Source: Rhynchobatus australiae (taxonomy: Eukaryota). Taken from it: a stretch of 63,944 bases of DNA. The position numbers and the translations under genes are program-made. The notes beneath the pieces were generated by a model. That model saw only the letters and a list, made by a program, of their open reading frames with translations, was not told where the DNA came from and searched no databases. The stretch spans positions 81,293,463 to 81,357,406 of the forward strand of contig JAUZTB010000098.1 of assembly GCA_034780895.1 (NCBI GenBank), written 5' to 3'. Positions 60,631 to 63,944 of the stretch are shown piece after piece. How positions within the stretch are numbered: the first letter of the stretch is position 1; every line of letters begins with the position of its first letter.

Positions 60631-60679
60631 AGATCTTACATGATATGTTTGATTTTGTCATGATAAATGATAGTCTATA

Positions 60680-61240
60680 TTTTCTCCTTTTAGAAATTTA
60701 TACATAAAGAAATGAATACAAAAGTAAGCTTCAGTTGTCCAGAGCCTTGGTCAGAGCCCATCTGGGATATTGTGTTCAGTATTGGAACCAAATGGGAGTA
60801 AAGACATATTAGCCATGGAGAAGATACAATGCAGAGTTAATAGACTTATCAGAGTTTATAATGTTATACTGTGAGGACAGATTGGAATCACTTGAGTTTA
60901 GAAAACTGGAGAACAATCAGGTTTTATAAAATTGTAGGAAGATTTGCTAAGACAGATGCAGATAAACTATTTCGTCTTGGGGGAAATCAAAAACAAGAAA
61001 CCTGATCTCAGAGCCAAGTGAAATTCAGAACCATTCCTTCAAATAAAAGCCACCTGAAATTCCCTCACTCATAAAGCTGTGGATATTGGGATGTCCACAG
61101 TTTTCAAATCAATAGGTTTTACTTAGTTAAGGATGGGACTAGGGAAGGTAAATTGAGTTGGGGCACAGTTTAGCCATGCTCTAACTGCATTTTACAACAG
61201 CCTTGATGGGCTGAATTACCTATTTCTGTTTGTATGTTAA
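60680..61240 (+). mobile_element. CR1 LINE 3' relic
   Basis: agagccttggtcagagcccatctgggatattgtgttcagt (ALVRxHLxYCVQ) through to tagccatgctc..gggctgaattacctat. Confidence 0.7.
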
Positions 61241-62424
61241 GCTAAAAACTTAGATGTTGGACCATCAAGGACCCTTGCCTCTCCTTCCATACCCACACAT
61301 ATCTGCTTTGTTTATGTTGTGTCTTTTACTTACTCTTCTATCTTCTCTTGACCCATTACTCCTCAGTAAAGCTTTGCCCAGGCTGCCATTTCAGTTTTCT
61401 CCATTGTTTGCAATTTTTAATTGTTAACACATTTACTCCATGGCTTTAGATTTATCCAATAGTTGAACTACCGCTGAGACAATGGCCAGCCAACTGGTCT
61501 AGACAAACTCCATGTGGCAGCGCTGTAAATGCATCCAGATGTGGTACCCCCAGCTTGTCCTTCGAGTAAACATCTGGCATAGAAAATAGCTGAAAATAAT
61601 GAAAAAGAGGCCTAGAAAAGGAATGTGATGCATCTGTAGAATAGTTAAATCACACTACCTTCATTTCTTCATTCTTGTAGCATTTTTAATGCAGACCTTG
61701 TGACCTGATTGGCAATGTTTCTGAAGCAAGAAATGTTGCTTCAACAGAAAGAAATAACATTGGCTAAGTAGCACAAAAAACATAATGCTGTATTTCATGG
61801 AATACAGCAGCAAACCTGGCTGTTTCGGGCCATCATCTAAAGAATAATTTAATTAGCGCCACTCCCATGTTATTTACCCATTGTTCTGAATATTGTTCCT
61901 TTTCAAGTACCTACATAATTATATAGCTATGATTGAATCTGCTTTCACCCCTTTAGCCCGTGCATTAAAAAATACTACATCTTCCCTCTGGCTCTTTTAA
62001 AACCATGCCCCTTGGTTATTGACCCTTCTGCCAGTTGAAATATTTGATCCTTATTTATTGAACTCAATAACAAAACTGAGTGCAGTTCAATGTGGAAACA
62101 CCTTGTCTGAATATGTTGATGATTTTGATGAAGAAAAGCATTCAAGGAAATTTTCTGTCTGAGGTTATTTTGTCAGTCGCTACCAGAGGAAATTATGTCT
62201 CAATCACTTTCCTATTCCCCTAAACAACACCAACCCTCGCCCCCCGCCCCCCCCTTCATGTTTATGTTGAGCAAATGAAATGGCAATGGGTTTCCAGGTA
62301 CTGACAAAATCTTGGTGAAACTTAAATAAAGTTAGACTTTTAGCAACTAACCCAGTGGCAATGCTGCTTAAAAGGTATGTTCAACCTTCAGTAGGAGCAA
62401 CCACATATTAACCTGAAAACTTAC

Positions 62425-62800
62425 CTGCACCTCTGAGTCAGACTCAAGACTTGAAATCTCACTCCAGAGATCTTCATGCGAGCAAGGAATTTCATTGCTG
62501 GTGTATATGATAACAAACTAATCTGGATCTGAATCATAATCTGAATCTGAATCGCAATATCCAGGCAGATTCTGGTACAATAGAAAGGAATTGTTCCACT
62601 GTCAGAGGTAGAAAACCGAGATCCCATCTGTCCTCTTGTCCTCTCTGACAGGTGTAGCAGATCTCTTAGCACTATGACATAGAAAAGCCAGGGACATGTT
62701 TAGCTGATCCCTTAGTATCAGGACAGAGAAAAATGAGGGGAATATTTCTGGTGTCCTGGCCAATAGTTAGCTCTCAACCAACAACAATAAAGGATCATTA
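62425..62800 (+). mobile_element. Deu-domain SINE with a short nested LINE tail (ATCTGA repeats, about 62480-62553)
   Basis: cctctgagtcaga..ctcactccagaga head and gtgtcctggccaatagttagctctcaaccaaca core; the insert ends in atctgaatctgaatc. Confidence 0.6.
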
Positions 62801-63374
62801 TGCCATTTACATCATTGTTATTAGGGGAGTATTGGATGTTAAAATACGAGTATTTCATTGACTGTATGTCATAAGAGTTGGTACAAAAATGAAAAATCTT
62901 CATTTCTTTTTTAACACTGTTGCAGATTGCACCAGATTTGGTTGCTGGTAATCATTTAAACTCCTAGAACTGTGTGTTTATCATTCAGATCAGAGAACCT
63001 TTTCCTCCATTCAAATCCCTGTTTCAGCAATAATCTATTGATTGCTGATTTAAGATGATTAGTTGAGTAAGCAAATACTGCCTTTTGAGTGAAAGATTTC
63101 CAAACACCACCATCCATCCTGGCAGGAAAAAGTACTTTACAGCATTCTGGTGAATCTCACTGCAATCATTCCAAGGTTAATATATCCTACCAATGGAATT
63201 GTGCCCAGAACTGTACACAGTGCTCCAGGGTGTGGTCTAACAGCACAGCTGTAGCAATGCTTCCTCCCCTTTATCTTCTGGCCCTTAGTTCTTTGAGCTA
63301 ACAGCCCATTTTTTTTCCCAGATAGAAATTCTACATTTGGTTATTGTGCTGAATTAAGCGGATAGCCCTAATAA

Positions 63375-63944
63375 GGAAACTGCTCGACAGCCTCCAATGC
63401 ACCTGAACCCATAGTCACAGTTGCGGACGTAAGATCAGTCTTCCGGAGAGTGAACCCACGGAAAGCATCTGGCCCAGATGGCGTCCCTGATGGTGTCCTC
63501 AGCTCCTGTTCAGATCACCTGGCGGGGACATTTGCAGACATTTTTAACCTCTCCCTGCTTCAATCTGAGGTTCCCACCTGCTTTAAGAAGACCACTATCA
63601 TCCCGGTACCTAAGGCGCCTTAATGACTACCGCCCTGACATCCACCATCATGAAGTCCTTCAAGAGGCTGGTCATGGCACGCATTAATTCCAGCCTCCCG
63701 GAAACCTCGACCAACTGCAATTTACCTACCGCTGAAACAGGTCTTTCGCCTATGCCATCTCCCTGGTCCTACACCCATCTCTGGAGCATCTGGACAGTAA
63801 AGACATCTACATTAGACTATTATTTATTGACTACAGCTCTGCCTTCAATACTGTAATTCCAAGCAAACTCATCACAACAAACTCCGAGACCTGGACTCAA
63901 CACCTCCCTCTGCAACTGGATCCTTGACTTCCTGACCAACAGAC
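63375..63944 (+). mobile_element. Rex1/Babar LINE RT region (continues past the window end)
   Basis: [80 protein letters not shown], read across frameshifts. Confidence 0.92.

Noticed and set aside
1-63944. CRISPR arrays, operons, rRNA or bona fide tRNA genes
   Set aside because: None seen. The DNA is vertebrate-type, and the tRNA-like boxes belong to SINE heads.

Overview
Eukaryotic, AT-rich, CpG-depleted and repeat-dominated DNA from a gapped scaffold. The repeat complement points to a cartilaginous fish, probably a batoid (ray/sawfish/guitarfish). It comprises CR1, L2, Rex1/Babar, RTE and fish-type L1 LINEs, V-SINEs, Deu-domain SINEs, Penelope-like elements and Harbinger relics. The taxon is an inference from family recognition, not a database result. 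I find no intact host protein-coding gene; nearly all listed ORFs are transposon debris or chance ORFs. The most notable items are: (1) a nearly intact minimal type I hammerhead ribozyme in a young Penelope terminal repeat (45535-45572, minus strand), several palindromic, TSD-flanked insertions of the same repeat, and a Penelope RT relic; (2) several very decayed PIF/Harbinger relics (HARBI1-like transposase and Myb/SANT partner ORF), visible only across frameshifts; (3) a CpG micro-island with tandem E-boxes and a splice donor (about 12250-12470); (4) an orphan C2H2 zinc-finger fragment behind a splice acceptor; (5) two L1 insertions with clean TSDs; (6) two enhancer-like motif clusters. I cannot support a wholly new biological system. 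Repeat boundaries were set by eye and are approximate (tens of bp).
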